Shown here: positions 14,601 to 25,289 of the stretch, piece after piece
Layout: each line of letters starts with the position of its first letter
Position numbering within the stretch: the stretch's first letter is position 1
Assembly: GCA_976226885.1 (NCBI GenBank)
Contig: OZ320319.1
Coordinates: 33,356,001-33,420,000 of the forward strand
DNA from: Iphione sp. A-MEVVRFRX5
Taxonomy: Eukaryota
Direction: 5' to 3'
DNA: 64,000 bases
The notes under the pieces: generated by a model
Told to the model about the DNA's origin: nothing
The model's database searches: none
Seen by the model: the letters and a program-made list of their open reading frames with translations, nothing else
Translations under genes and position numbers: made by a program

Positions 14601-16188
14601 CTCGATGTGGACATGGGACATTGAGAGTGTCCCTCCAGATCCCCTCTTCTTGAGAACATCTAAATCGACTGTCAAGTCGGCTCGGAATCGTCTATATATC
14701 TTCCGCTCGATGTGGCTTATCCTGAGTCTATAGCTTGGTAGTATATTGTGGCCTGTTCTATTCACTACACGGATAGGAACCTGGTGTAGTGAACGAATTA
14801 TTGACTCGTCGATTTTATCAAGATTCCATTTAAGATCGTGTGCATGTCACCCCATGTACCTGTTAGCTACGTTCTGGAACGCTGCTGCTTCTAGCCGAGA
14901 GGCTGGAGTGGAAATTGTTGCCATTGACTAGGCAGTCCAATTCCTAGTGTCTGCCATGAACAGGGAGAAGTGATTTTTAAAAGGGATAGAAATCAACAGT
15001 TTTGGCAAGTGCATCCCTTCGTTTTATAAATAGCACAGTTCCGTCATCTTTCTGGATTTACTTTCGGATGGACTTCCTATCGCACGGCTGTGCATTTAAC
15101 TACCAACACAGCAGAGGCGCGCCGTCGACCAGATACTTAATGGACATTTTTAGAACGAGTTGTTTATTATTTATGTACTCGGTCTGGACGACTGGGTGGG
15201 TTCGCCCTGATGCCGACGACGGAAGGCGCCTTCATTGATCGACTGGGACCTGTCCTGATCACGTAAGCACTTGTTGACGCACCTGGAGGACTAGCCTACC
15301 GGAAAACTTGCACAAGACATTCTCCGGACAATCGAGCCATGCATGCATATTCCCACTAAGATATGCTGATGGACCTCTTGTCGGCCCGAGCACTGGCCAT
15401 GGATGTCCCATTTTGCTATGAAAGGCACAAGGTGAACGCAGCTGTGAAAGTCTCTGAGGGGAATTGTTCGGGAGTACTTTGCATGTTGACAGCCTAATAT
15501 CAGTTATGCAAACCGGTTTTTCTCCGTCATTGTTTCAAACAGTGCTATTCGTTAGCTGTATCGAGAGACAACAGGAGTACACTAACGACCCCTCCATTAT
15601 CTACTCTCCAGCCAGTCTTTTAGGCTTTAACGGGGGGGGGATTATGCGTCTAGCATGATATTCATACGCTGTTCGTAGTAAACAGAACTGTCCCATACCA
15701 TGAACTCTTCCTCAGCGCTCCCTGCTGTATGTACAGAAGAAGTAGTCCACATGTGTACTTTTCAAGAGAAGGCAGACAGGAGCCCACGCTACAAGGTGGA
15801 TGTGTAATTCTATCCTACATTCATAATGAATACGAGCTAGAAACAGACAAACCGTGTTGTCTGTATTGCCTGAAGCAGAAGATTTCATGCGGAGTACGTG
15901 GATTGTTATACCAGCCTATGGGGTAGTTATCTTCGTCCCAAACCGAAGGCTACCTGATACTGCTACTCTCTGCTGGGGCGTCTCAGCACCATCAATAATG
16001 GTGGACCCATGAGACAGTTTAGAGAAAAATCCATTATAACAAGTTGCAGGTGGTGTCAGAAGCCAGGGACAGGTGGTGAGAAAAATTAGTAGGGCTGCAT
16101 CATGAAGTGACATAAACCTGCCAAATGTATTATGGCAAAAACAGGTAAGAGCCAGCACGATTTAACCCTCGCCTCGGACTGAAGCTAT

Positions 16189-17480
16189 GGCATCATATAG
16201 TCCCTCCTGAAAATCAAATACTTCGAGTATAGCGCGCGTAACGTAGTGAGGCCTCTCACGTGTGTACTTTACCCATTACCCGAGGAGTGTCCTCTCCAGA
16301 TTCCACACATACGTCTTGTTTTAATGCGAAACATGATCACTGGGAGGAAGGTTTTCTCTAGACGTTTCGCCGATCCATCACAGTCTTAGACAGTCAAAAG
16401 TAGTAGAGAACCAGGCGAAATCTCCGGCGGGACATAACTCAGAGGAGCTCAGTCGGCAATACCCAGCGGGATTAATGTGTTGAGCCTCTTCTGATCAAGA
16501 ACACAGCATTGTCATAATCAGAGTAGATTTCCGTCAATGTATAGTACAAAGAAAAGCGGAACTATCAATCCTCCCCATCGCTGGCACCGTGCCTATGGGA
16601 AAGGTATAGAAAGAAACTAGAGCAGGATACAAAAAAAATGGTCTTCTTTAGAAACGTTGTAGAAGCCTCCAAGACTCTTGCCAAGGCGTAAACACCCTGA
16701 ACAAGTGGCTCATCGATTGCCACTAATCGTCAGAATGGTCTGACGCGGAGGCTCAAATCTGCTGGTCCAATCTTGCGTTGACGGATGCTATACCACAGGC
16801 CCCACATCCGGCGAGTTTTTTCTTTGCCCACCGCACTTGGCATCTCCGAGAGATACTCCACAAACACAGCAGTAACTATCGTTCAGTGGAGTCTTTACGT
16901 GTATAATCTAATAGCAAAAGACAGCTGCAAACAAAGTGTTACCTCACAGTCGACCCCCTCCTCGGGCAGAGACTGTTACGAAGGTCTGTTGTGGATTTTA
17001 TATCACACTGCCAAACTAAATAATAAAGTGACTTTCGAAATCCATGGAATCTCAGCAACAGATAATAGCCGGATTTGGTGAAGAATGTTCTCCTAAAGGA
17101 GAATTTTAACAAATGCATGAGAGAATACGAAGTAAGAATGTTCTCCTAAAGGAGAATTTTAACAAATGCATGAGAGAATACGAAGAACCTACCACAAAAT
17201 TCCTCAAAGCTATTTGGTCAGTGCATCTCTGGAATAACTATCGCATGGGCACTAACAAACGGCAGAAATCTAATGTTCATTGTCGCTTACAGAAGTCAAA
17301 TCTGTATGATCAGCAGCGCAGGCAGTGAATTCACGTGTTGGAACGGACAGTTTCATATCAGACGCGAGGGAAGACGACCTGGTCTACCACCTCTCCAACC
17401 TCTATTCACTCCGGGGCTTACCTTGGCCTGACGCGCTGATTGAACGGTTTAAGACTCAGAATCAAGCAGTCCTCATCCCT
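16189..17480 (+). pseudogene. Decayed Penelope-like retrotransposon (RT + GIY-YIG remnant)
   Basis: Ordered degenerate motifs at plausible spacing: GII*SLLKIK...VVRPLT (cf. LPKIHK...RPI), FSLDVS (~16352), MGKV*KE (16595), FFRNVVEA (cf. RYVDD), LYHRP (cf. VYRKP), then LVYHL...GAYLGLTR*LNGLRLRIKQ (GIY-YIG-like). Many stops and frameshifts; motifs matched by eye. Confidence 0.55.
17081..17185 (+). repeat. Perfect 52-bp tandem duplication (period 53)
   Basis: AAGAATGTTCTCC...GAATACGAAG at 17081-17132 and 17134-17185. Confidence 0.95.
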
Positions 17481-18014
17481 TCTTGAACCGAAATACTGCA
17501 GCTACAGCCATGGGGATGGTCGTCTCGTTGGGCAGTCCTGGAGGTAAAATATTCGTGCCGATCATTTTTATTCTCCGCCGATTGCTTTTCTATTCCAACT
17601 TATTTGGAATAACAGATGTTATCCTCCCATGTATAATGCATTATAAGGCAGGTTAATTGCATCCTTTCAGGTACATCATTATTAGGAGAAGCTGCATGTA
17701 TTTTTAATTTCCCAAGAGATATTATAAAAATCTACATGATCATTAGAACGAGTTAGAGAAGCCACATAGATGTACACGTACCTATAAATTGACCTGCTCC
17801 ATCAGTCACCTCACGTATACCATCAGTCCCCTAGCAGCGTCAGTGCCCTTGTCAGTCACCGTTTCGCAAAACCATCAGAAATCAAAAACTGTCTACTAAA
17901 TGCTTTCGTGCATACTTTGCATAAATTGCTTACTTCAGTTTGCATGCTGTTAAAAGCCCCTTTGGCAAGAAAAGGACAGATATGCTTGAACTAAGCATTT
18001 GACAGTATGCATCT

Positions 18015-18221
18015 CTAGGACGTTTTAGTATTTATTGACAGGACAAAGAATATTAGAAACCTGATGCGTATTTTTTTATAAGAAAGAATAGACAAACATC
18101 TCTTCTGTGTCCTGAAAATACCATAGTAGACTGACTGGAGTAGTTCACATGTAATTTTTATAGCTAAAAACTTCGCGTATTCAAGTGGTAAATATATAGT
18201 GGTAAATATATAGCACTCCAT
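18015..18221 (-). mobile_element. LINE ORF2 remnant (post-RT region)
   Basis: LPLEYA...FRTQKRCLSILSY resembles PxLEYA...LERxQKRAxRII. Confidence 0.45.
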
Positions 18222-20747
18222 TTCATATATAAAGTCAGACCTATATATATATAAAAAACCTCCTTTTCTGTCTGTCGTAAAATTCGCTATAAATATAGAA
18301 CAGTGTAGCCTATTGAATTAACATCTATCTGATCAGATGGGCGAACACTGCATTTACGCTGGCAAGCATTGTTTTGCAACATCTGCCAAACAACATGTAT
18401 ACATATGGATATTTCCTGTTAATGTACTCGGAAAACATGAAAAAGATTGATATTTTGATAAAGATTTCCCTCTTATCCTGCCCTGTCAGCACATAGGATG
18501 CTGCTTGTTCATGAAAAATAACATCATCTCCAAGATAAGGGACAGGTTTTGCAGTAACGCAAGCACATAATTATAGAATCGATACTACATTTCACTCTCT
18601 AATCATGCGATACATTAAGCTTTTCTTTACATTGTTGGACAAAAACGTATTTACTAGAGGTTTTAACTAGCGTGTTGAGTCGATCGTGTGATATTTTACT
18701 TGACTATATGTCTAATAGCTCATGGTAACATTTGGACAAATTAGAGGCTTTGCGTGCCATGATACAATTTTGAACAACATAAATGACGAAAACGAGTTAT
18801 CATCATTCTTTGTCAAGGATGATATTACCAAGTTCAGCCTCGGCGGTGTTCAAAGGGGTAATTCATTTCTTACTTACACTGCACAAGAGATATTTTACTT
18901 TCGAGCAATTTATTTGAGACAACATTTTTAAATATATATATATAGGCTATAACTTTAACTTACATGTGTGACAATGTGTTTTTTAACGTGTTAAGATACT
19001 ACACTGCTTTAGTAGCAACGTCATCAGGAGTATTGCTTTGGTAGCATTATATTTATCAGGAGATGCATTGTTCAAAGTAGGTCGTGGTAATGGATGGTTA
19101 GCTGGCCATTAACTGGATTTATTGCTCAGCTACATTATTTCATATACGCAAAGTAGGGGGCTCAAGCCCCAGTGAATCGAATCTGATGAAAAGCACATTC
19201 ATAGCCTTTATTGCATATTCACCATAACAGCATTCGTCATCTACAGATCAATCAGGTGCAGAGCCTCACCCGTCTCGTCGGATAATGTCACTCTTGGAAT
19301 CCATCTTTGTCTCGCCCCTCGTATCGGTAGACGAAAGCTATCCAACATGAGACGGAAACAATTTGTAACAGATCGTTGCCTCCATATCCTGAAAGTACGC
19401 GGCGACTAAAATCTCAGAGCGCTATCTTATGTAGCGTTGTAGCTCTAATGCAGCTATACCAGCTGAACCTACCCACATCTGCGGCAGGGCCCTCTCTCTA
19501 TACCAGTCATGCAATATCGACATCCAGCCGGGAAGCACGGGAGATTCCTTTCACCGTTACCCTGAACCAGAATGATAGCAGCTTTATTTATAGGTAAGAC
19601 AGGGTCATTAAATCGCGACTGTTTTATCCTATGGCTTTAACATTAATGCCTTGATATAAGTCGATCCTCAACAAAACGCAGACAGCAAAATGATGAAGAT
19701 GCCTGCTCAACAGAATAATAATCCTAGGAACATTCTCCTGTTCTATATTAGACGTTATATAATCAAAATAATGCTTCCAACTGTTAACACCAGGGGAATA
19801 GAATCGATAAGTATAATTTCTAAGATAAAGCAAACAAGAACAGCTACATTTTCAGTTGCTAACAACATTCCCCCTATGTCATCTAATGAAAAGTCTTAGT
19901 ATGACTGGAAATGCCAGCGAAACCATACAGAGCGAATGTAGCTGCGTTACCTAATTGAGTTGTTTTAATGTTTCTTTACTAAATGTGAGCTAGATGTACG
20001 AAAATCGCTTAATACATAATTTATGTTTCATGTATGACTACTTCCGTAGCTAACTCGGAGCGAACTCAATTTTCCGATATTTCTTAAGGCATTTAGTACG
20101 AATCCGAGCGATGATGTAAAGATTATCCTTGCGATCGGTCAGACAAAATGTTTACTCATTCTTTTATCTGTGAAAACGTTGCATCTGCTAGATTAAGAAA
20201 CAGTTTCCTTAATCTTTAGCAATGCATTGGAAACCTGAAATCCATTATAAATGAAATTCAAACATAACCTATACAGAGCTCACCACATTCTTGTTACCTC
20301 AAACAATAAAATCTCTTAATATGACTTGGGATGGTAGCAAGCCTTATTCTTATGATATCATCCTTCTTAATTGCTCGACAAAATTAGATGCATGGAATGT
20401 CGCACAAGGGGAAAAAAGTAGGGGAATTTATGTAGTTCTACAATAGTATATCATCGATGTTTAACATAATTATAATCTTAGCGTATATAGTTATCGTTTA
20501 GCACAGAGTTTGAGTTTTAAAAACATGAATATTGTGATCAGTCAGAAAATGTGTATAACAGGTTTTTGTGGACATAAACATAGAAGTAGCACCAAGATAC
20601 TGGTCCCCACTTGAAATCTGTTTGATTGTCCAGTGCGAATTAAGACAATTCGCACCATGACCACCTCAAGTCATTACCAAGTCACACCATAGACAACTCC
20701 CGGTATCACCAATCACTCAACGTCATAAGAAAGCTGGTCTCGAGATT

Positions 20748-20907
20748 CATTACCACAACACGACAACTTCACTGTGGAGATGAACATTTATTAAGAACAC
20801 ACAAAAGGCAGACAATAGCGTAAAATAACAATGACAATTTGAGCAATAAATATCATGTAAACTAACTGTGTATAAGAGTCCATGATAGAATAAAAGGTAA
20901 AATGCCC
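20748..20907 (-). repeat. Ngaro split direct repeat B2 (160 bp, 3' terminus)
   Basis: Identical to 21061-21220. Confidence 0.95.
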
Positions 20908-20966
20908 CCATCGATGGATGTCCAGGCCCAGCGATAGTTCTGAAAGTTTGTAGGGTGGGCGGGAGG

Positions 20967-21060
20967 CAACAGGTCGGCGACTAGAAGGTGAGTGATGGGC
21001 AGGCACTCACCTGTCGCTGCGGTAATGACTGCCAATGAAAGGCGCCCTCTCATTGGCCCA
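20967..21060 (-). repeat. Ngaro split direct repeat A2 (94 bp)
   Basis: Copy of 25196-25289; abuts B1 directly (predicted circle junction ggccca|cattac on + strand). Confidence 0.95.
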
Positions 21061-21220
21061 CATTACCACAACACGACAACTTCACTGTGGAGATGAACAT
21101 TTATTAAGAACACACAAAAGGCAGACAATAGCGTAAAATAACAATGACAATTTGAGCAATAAATATCATGTAAACTAACTGTGTATAAGAGTCCATGATA
21201 GAATAAAAGGTAAAATGCCC
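21061..21220 (-). repeat. Ngaro split direct repeat B1 (160 bp)
   Basis: Identical to 20748-20907; starts 4 nt after the YR stop; carries minus-strand AATAAA at 21105-21100. Confidence 0.95.
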
Positions 21221-21224
21221 AAAC

Positions 21225-22165
21225 TTAGAGTTGTTGGAGGGCTCGCCTGATATCCCGACGTGAGACCTTTGGGAGATATGCCTGGGCAGCTTCAGATCTC
21301 CAGTCACCGCGAGCCAGGATGTCCTTTAATGGCGTCCCCGCCTTAAAGGCGGCCTGGGCGCCCCCCCTGCGAAGGCCATGCATTGTCGGGCATGGGGCGG
21401 GCGCGCCCACGTCCCTAAGGGTGGCAGCCCACATTCGTCGCGCCACGCCTAGCGGGATAGGAACCGCTTCACCGGGGAACGCGAGAAGAGGGGTGCGGGA
21501 GGCACCCGGAGCGCGGAGGGCCGGGGGAAGCAGCGCCCCGACGTCGATCCGTTCAACGCAGCGAGGGGCATGGATCCTAACAGGGCGCCCCCCCCGCTGA
21601 CGGGTCTTCGACCACCGAAGAGTAACGTACACCGACTCATCCTCCACTTCAAGGTCGCGCGTCGTGAGATGCCGTTCGGGCGAAAACGCGCTGCAGGACT
21701 TCGCGAACAGGTTGGATTGCCTCAGGAGCGTGACGAACATGAGTGCAAAGGCAAATGCCAGCACCCTGCCGATGGCGGAGGACTGGAAGATACCGATGAC
21801 TCTGCGCAGGAGAGGTGCCTCCACGACCGGGCGGGCCGGAGGAGCCGACGACGATAACCTGAGTGCCCGGAGAGCGTTCGCGGTATGTCGATGCTCCCAG
21901 GCAGAGGTGTCACGTCCCAGTGACGCATAGTGATTCTTGAGTAGGGAGACAGTATTCGCGATGGACGCTGGGCAAAGAGACTCTGCGAGCTCCTCGATGA
22001 AGGCACACACCACCTTCGGAGAGGGTCGACAGTGGTCAAGGTTGAAGCGAATGGTGAAGCGGAGAAACTTCCGGACCGCCGCCTCACGGTTCGCCCTGGT
22101 ACCCAGTCGAATCGCCTCTAGTTGTCGCTGCTCTGCTTTCCGAAGGAGACGACAAAGGGCGGGGT
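21225..22165 (-). CDS. Ngaro tyrosine recombinase (frame open from just after the pol stop; no upstream ATG)
   Basis: Catalytic set present: LLRQSN (R), WSKT (K), HGLRRGG (H-x-x-R), RGDW (W), AQAYL (Y). The frame extends 5' of the track start as DPALCRLLRKAEQRQLEAIRLGTRANREAAVRKFLRF, resembling the YR N-terminal domain. Confidence 0.92.
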
Positions 22166-22171
22166 CTGAAA

Positions 22172-24046
22172 TTATATGAACCCGCTATAGTCATGGACCC
22201 AAGGATTAACAGCGACTGGGGTAAGTTGATGTTGTTGAATCGCTAGCTCCGCACGCTGTGCGCCGATCCGCGAGGCGAACGCCCTACTGAGGGTGTCGGC
22301 GAGTTGCATTTCTGCACCAGGGACATGTACGAAGGCGATCAATGTTTCCATTTTTGCGGACGCCATCCAAATTGCCCTGGCACACGCATTCACTACGAAG
22401 TCCCATCCTCTGCCGTGGTTGAAGATGTCAACTGCTGCTCTGTTATCGCAGCACACTAGAGCGTGCTGCCCTGGGGGGTATTGACTGAGGATGATCCGCA
22501 CAGCCATCATCACGTTCATAGCTTCCAGTTGTGTAATGTGGTGTCTCTGTACAACTTGGGGGGGCCACTCGTATGCATAGCATATCCGACGGTCTGTAGC
22601 TCCCGCGCTGGTCAGAGAGGCATCTGCTTTGATGATTACAGTGAATGGCGCCATGGCATAGAACTGTTTGCAGTTACACTGGCTGGCATACGTAGCCAGC
22701 CATGTGAGGTCTGCTCGTACCGTTGAATCAATCTGGATCTGGGCTGGGTCATGTGTCTGCATTGCGTGGAGTAACTGGCACATAAAGAGCCTGGCCGGCG
22801 CGATAACTTTGGCTAAGTGATTCACCTTGCCAGCCAGGCTCTGACACTCTTTTAGTGATGCCACCTCGCGTGTCCTCATCCTCTCGAATTCCATGGTGTA
22901 TGCTCTGAGCTTGTCGTCCAGAATACTCAGTTCTCCTCGCACTGAGTCGATCATCACTCCAAGCCACCGGACACGGGTTGCTGGTTGCTGCAGCTTTTGG
23001 GTCGCCACTGAGAGACCCAGGCGAGCCAAGAGTTCAAGCGTCTGATCGACGTCATGCTGTGCTTGTCTTTCAGTCGGCGCCACTAGGATGATATCATCGA
23101 GGTACATCAATGCGACGATATTCATGCGCCGGAGAGCTCTGACAATGAACTGCGCCGCCTTCTGCATATATAAGGCGGAGCAGCGGGTGCCGAAGGGCAT
23201 CACGGTATCGAAGTAGATCCTATCACGAACGCAGATGCCCAACAGTGGCAAGTCTGACGGGCAAACCCGAAAATGACGGTAAGCCCGTGGAAGGTCAATA
23301 ACCGCCATAAATGGTGACCCGTTCATTTGACACAGGATCTCAGTGAGCTGTTGGACTGTCGGTAGATCGTGGGTGTAGGAGGTGCCTTGGACGCAATTCT
23401 TATCGGTGTAATTGTTGACATTATGTATTGGCGGATAAGAGAGGTCAACGATTACCCTCCTTGACCCGTCCGCCTTAGGGCGGGTCATAAGGGGGGCAGT
23501 GACGAACCAAGGTTGGAATGGAGAGGTGCTAAAGGGCCTGATGAGTGCCCCTTCTTGTCTCTCAGTCTCCACGTACTGCTCGATTGCATCGATGTAGGCC
23601 TCCGCGGACGAATGGTTGGTCGATGTAGGCCTGATGAGAGGGGGTCCCCCGTAGCCTAGTGGGAACCCATAGTTGATCCCGTCCAATACTAACTTGTCGT
23701 CTTGATGCCCCGTGGTGACACTGGACCATGCATCGGTGTCGAGGGTACTGTCAAGCTTCAAGCGGGCCGCCTGGTTATTATTCACACCTGTGGCCACCAT
23801 GGTATTGTAGAGGTAGGCGAGCCTTGGGTCTACGTGTTCAGTTGGCGCTGGCCACGTCAAGACACGGTTGTGTGCGAGCAATTCAGATTCTAGCTGCAGA
23901 TGAGCAACCAAATCAACTGTGCACTCACCGGCAATATCTGATGTATAGGGCTCACCTAGGCCCGGGAGCATTCCGGAGTAGTGGCCCTGTGGAGAATGTC
24001 CGCAGCCACGCTGGGTCGTACCGCTGCTTGTGATTGCAGGCGACAC
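22172..24046 (-). CDS. Ngaro reverse transcriptase / RNase H
   Basis: RRVIVDLSYP, DLPRAYRH, MPFG, YLDD, WLGVMID; RNase H ADAS, HITQLEA, CDN, LADTLSR. First in-frame ATG is at 23971 (track start is GTG). No methyltransferase domain seen. Confidence 0.93.
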   Translation of the reverse strand: MSPAITSSGTTQRGCGHSPQGHYSGMLPGLGEPYTSDIAGECTVDLVAHLQLESELLAHNRVLTWPAPTEHVDPRLAYLYNTMVATGVNNNQAARLKLDSTLDTDAWSSVTTGHQDDKLVLDGINYGFPLGYGGPPLIRPTSTNHSSAEAYIDAIEQYVETERQEGALIRPFSTSPFQPWFVTAPLMTRPKADGSRRVIVDLSYPPIHNVNNYTDKNCVQGTSYTHDLPTVQQLTEILCQMNGSPFMAVIDLPRAYRHFRVCPSDLPLLGICVRDRIYFDTVMPFGTRCSALYMQKAAQFIVRALRRMNIVALMYLDDIILVAPTERQAQHDVDQTLELLARLGLSVATQKLQQPATRVRWLGVMIDSVRGELSILDDKLRAYTMEFERMRTREVASLKECQSLAGKVNHLAKVIAPARLFMCQLLHAMQTHDPAQIQIDSTVRADLTWLATYASQCNCKQFYAMAPFTVIIKADASLTSAGATDRRICYAYEWPPQVVQRHHITQLEAMNVMMAVRIILSQYPPGQHALVCCDNRAAVDIFNHGRGWDFVVNACARAIWMASAKMETLIAFVHVPGAEMQLADTLSRAFASRIGAQRAELAIQQHQLTPVAVNPWVHDYSGFI

Positions 24047-24149
24047 AGCCGGAATAGGTGAGAATGTTACGTAAGTCCATGGGCATTCCAGGTCAATTGG
24101 GGTTGAGGCGCGGTGTTGTTGGCCGGTACTACTGTTTCAACCCGATCCA

Positions 24150-25175
24150 CTAGTTTTTTTGGTCCTTATTTTCGTTATTCTTCTCACCTTTCTTCCAGCG
24201 ATGCTCAGGCTGACGATCTGGGCGTTGTTGCTGCTGATCTTGGTCCTTGGCCCTCATCTTGGTCTTACGAGCACATGCTGCTGCGGTGTGTTGGCACTCC
24301 CTATTTTGGACGCCGTACCAACACACCGTGCAGCGGTGCCAGTACGTAATGGCGCCCTCGGAGTGACCGTCAAAGTCGTAACATGTACCGACGTTGAATT
24401 GTGGGCATGGATGGCGTTTATGCTCCTCGGGAATTGAACCTTTCGTCACCGACAGTCTGTTCCTCAGGCGTTGGATCTGATCCACGTTGTTCCAGTCCAA
24501 TTTGCCTTGCTCAACGTGGTTAACAACAGTGAGTGACCAGTTGCGTACTTCATTCCAGGATGCCTACGCAGCGTCCTCACATATATCGGCAATGTGGGAC
24601 ACAAAATGGCAGACGTCAGAGCCCACTGGGAGTTCGTCCCGCAGGCGGGCGCACAGTGCGAGGACATATTCGGGTAAGGACAAATCTTCTACTGTTGGAC
24701 GTTTTTTAACCACCTGTGCCATTTCCCTAGGGAGAGACAGGTGGGGCTTCCATCTCTTATGGGTGTGGTTCGAGACGGGGTCAATATATGGCTTACCCTC
24801 ACAAGGCCCAAATGATAGTCGCTCCAGCCGGAGGAGGTTATCCACGTGCTGGTCCGCTTGCCTGCGATGATAGTCCTCAGGCTCCCTAGGATCCTCTCTC
24901 CACGGAGATCGTGACCGGTGGCGTTTTGCATTACCACGGTAATCCGAGGAGCGTCTGTCGCGCACCGGTGACCGTGGCGAAGATGGCCGTGTCGGTACAA
25001 CGGAGCTCCTAACCTTATTCCTTCTTTTGGACCTCGGTTTCTTGGGGGTACCCGTATCCTTCTTGAGGATCTTCATCATTTTCTCCTCGAGCTGTTCCAT
25101 CCTTATAAGGACTTGAAACAGAACTTGCTCGGTCGGAACCTTTTCAGGCTCGTTAAACAACGAATCGGACGACAT
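24150..25175 (-). pseudogene. Ngaro gag-like ORF interrupted by one in-frame TAG (24564-24566)
   Basis: ATG at 25175 (MSSDSLF...). The frame continues past the TAG as ASWNEVRNWSLTVVNHVEQGKLDW into track ORF 24150-24500, which has a Cys/His knuckle CPQFNVGTC...HRCTVC...HTAAAC typical of YR-element gag. Confidence 0.85.
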
Positions 25176-25195
25176 GCTAATATCGTAACAGGTCC

Positions 25196-25289
25196 CAACA
25201 GGTCGGCGACTAGAAGGTGAGTGACGAGCAGGCACTCACCTGTCGCTGCGGTAATGACCGCCAATGAAAGGCGCCCTCTCATTGGCCCA
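25196..25289 (-). repeat. Ngaro split direct repeat A1 (94 bp, 5' terminus)
   Basis: Matches 20967-21060 at 91/94 positions. Confidence 0.95.

Larger units (their letters stand above)
20748..25289 (-). mobile_element. Full-length Ngaro-type (DIRS order) tyrosine-recombinase retrotransposon
   Basis: gag, RT/RNase H and YR frames on the minus strand; split direct repeats in the order A1...B1-A2-(59 bp)-B2; no target-site duplication. Confidence 0.95.

Noticed and set aside
16355-16384. Hammerhead-ribozyme-like string (CTGTGATGG...CGAAACGTC on minus)
   Set aside because: The core is not the canonical CTGATGA and it coincides with the codons of the RT LDVS motif.
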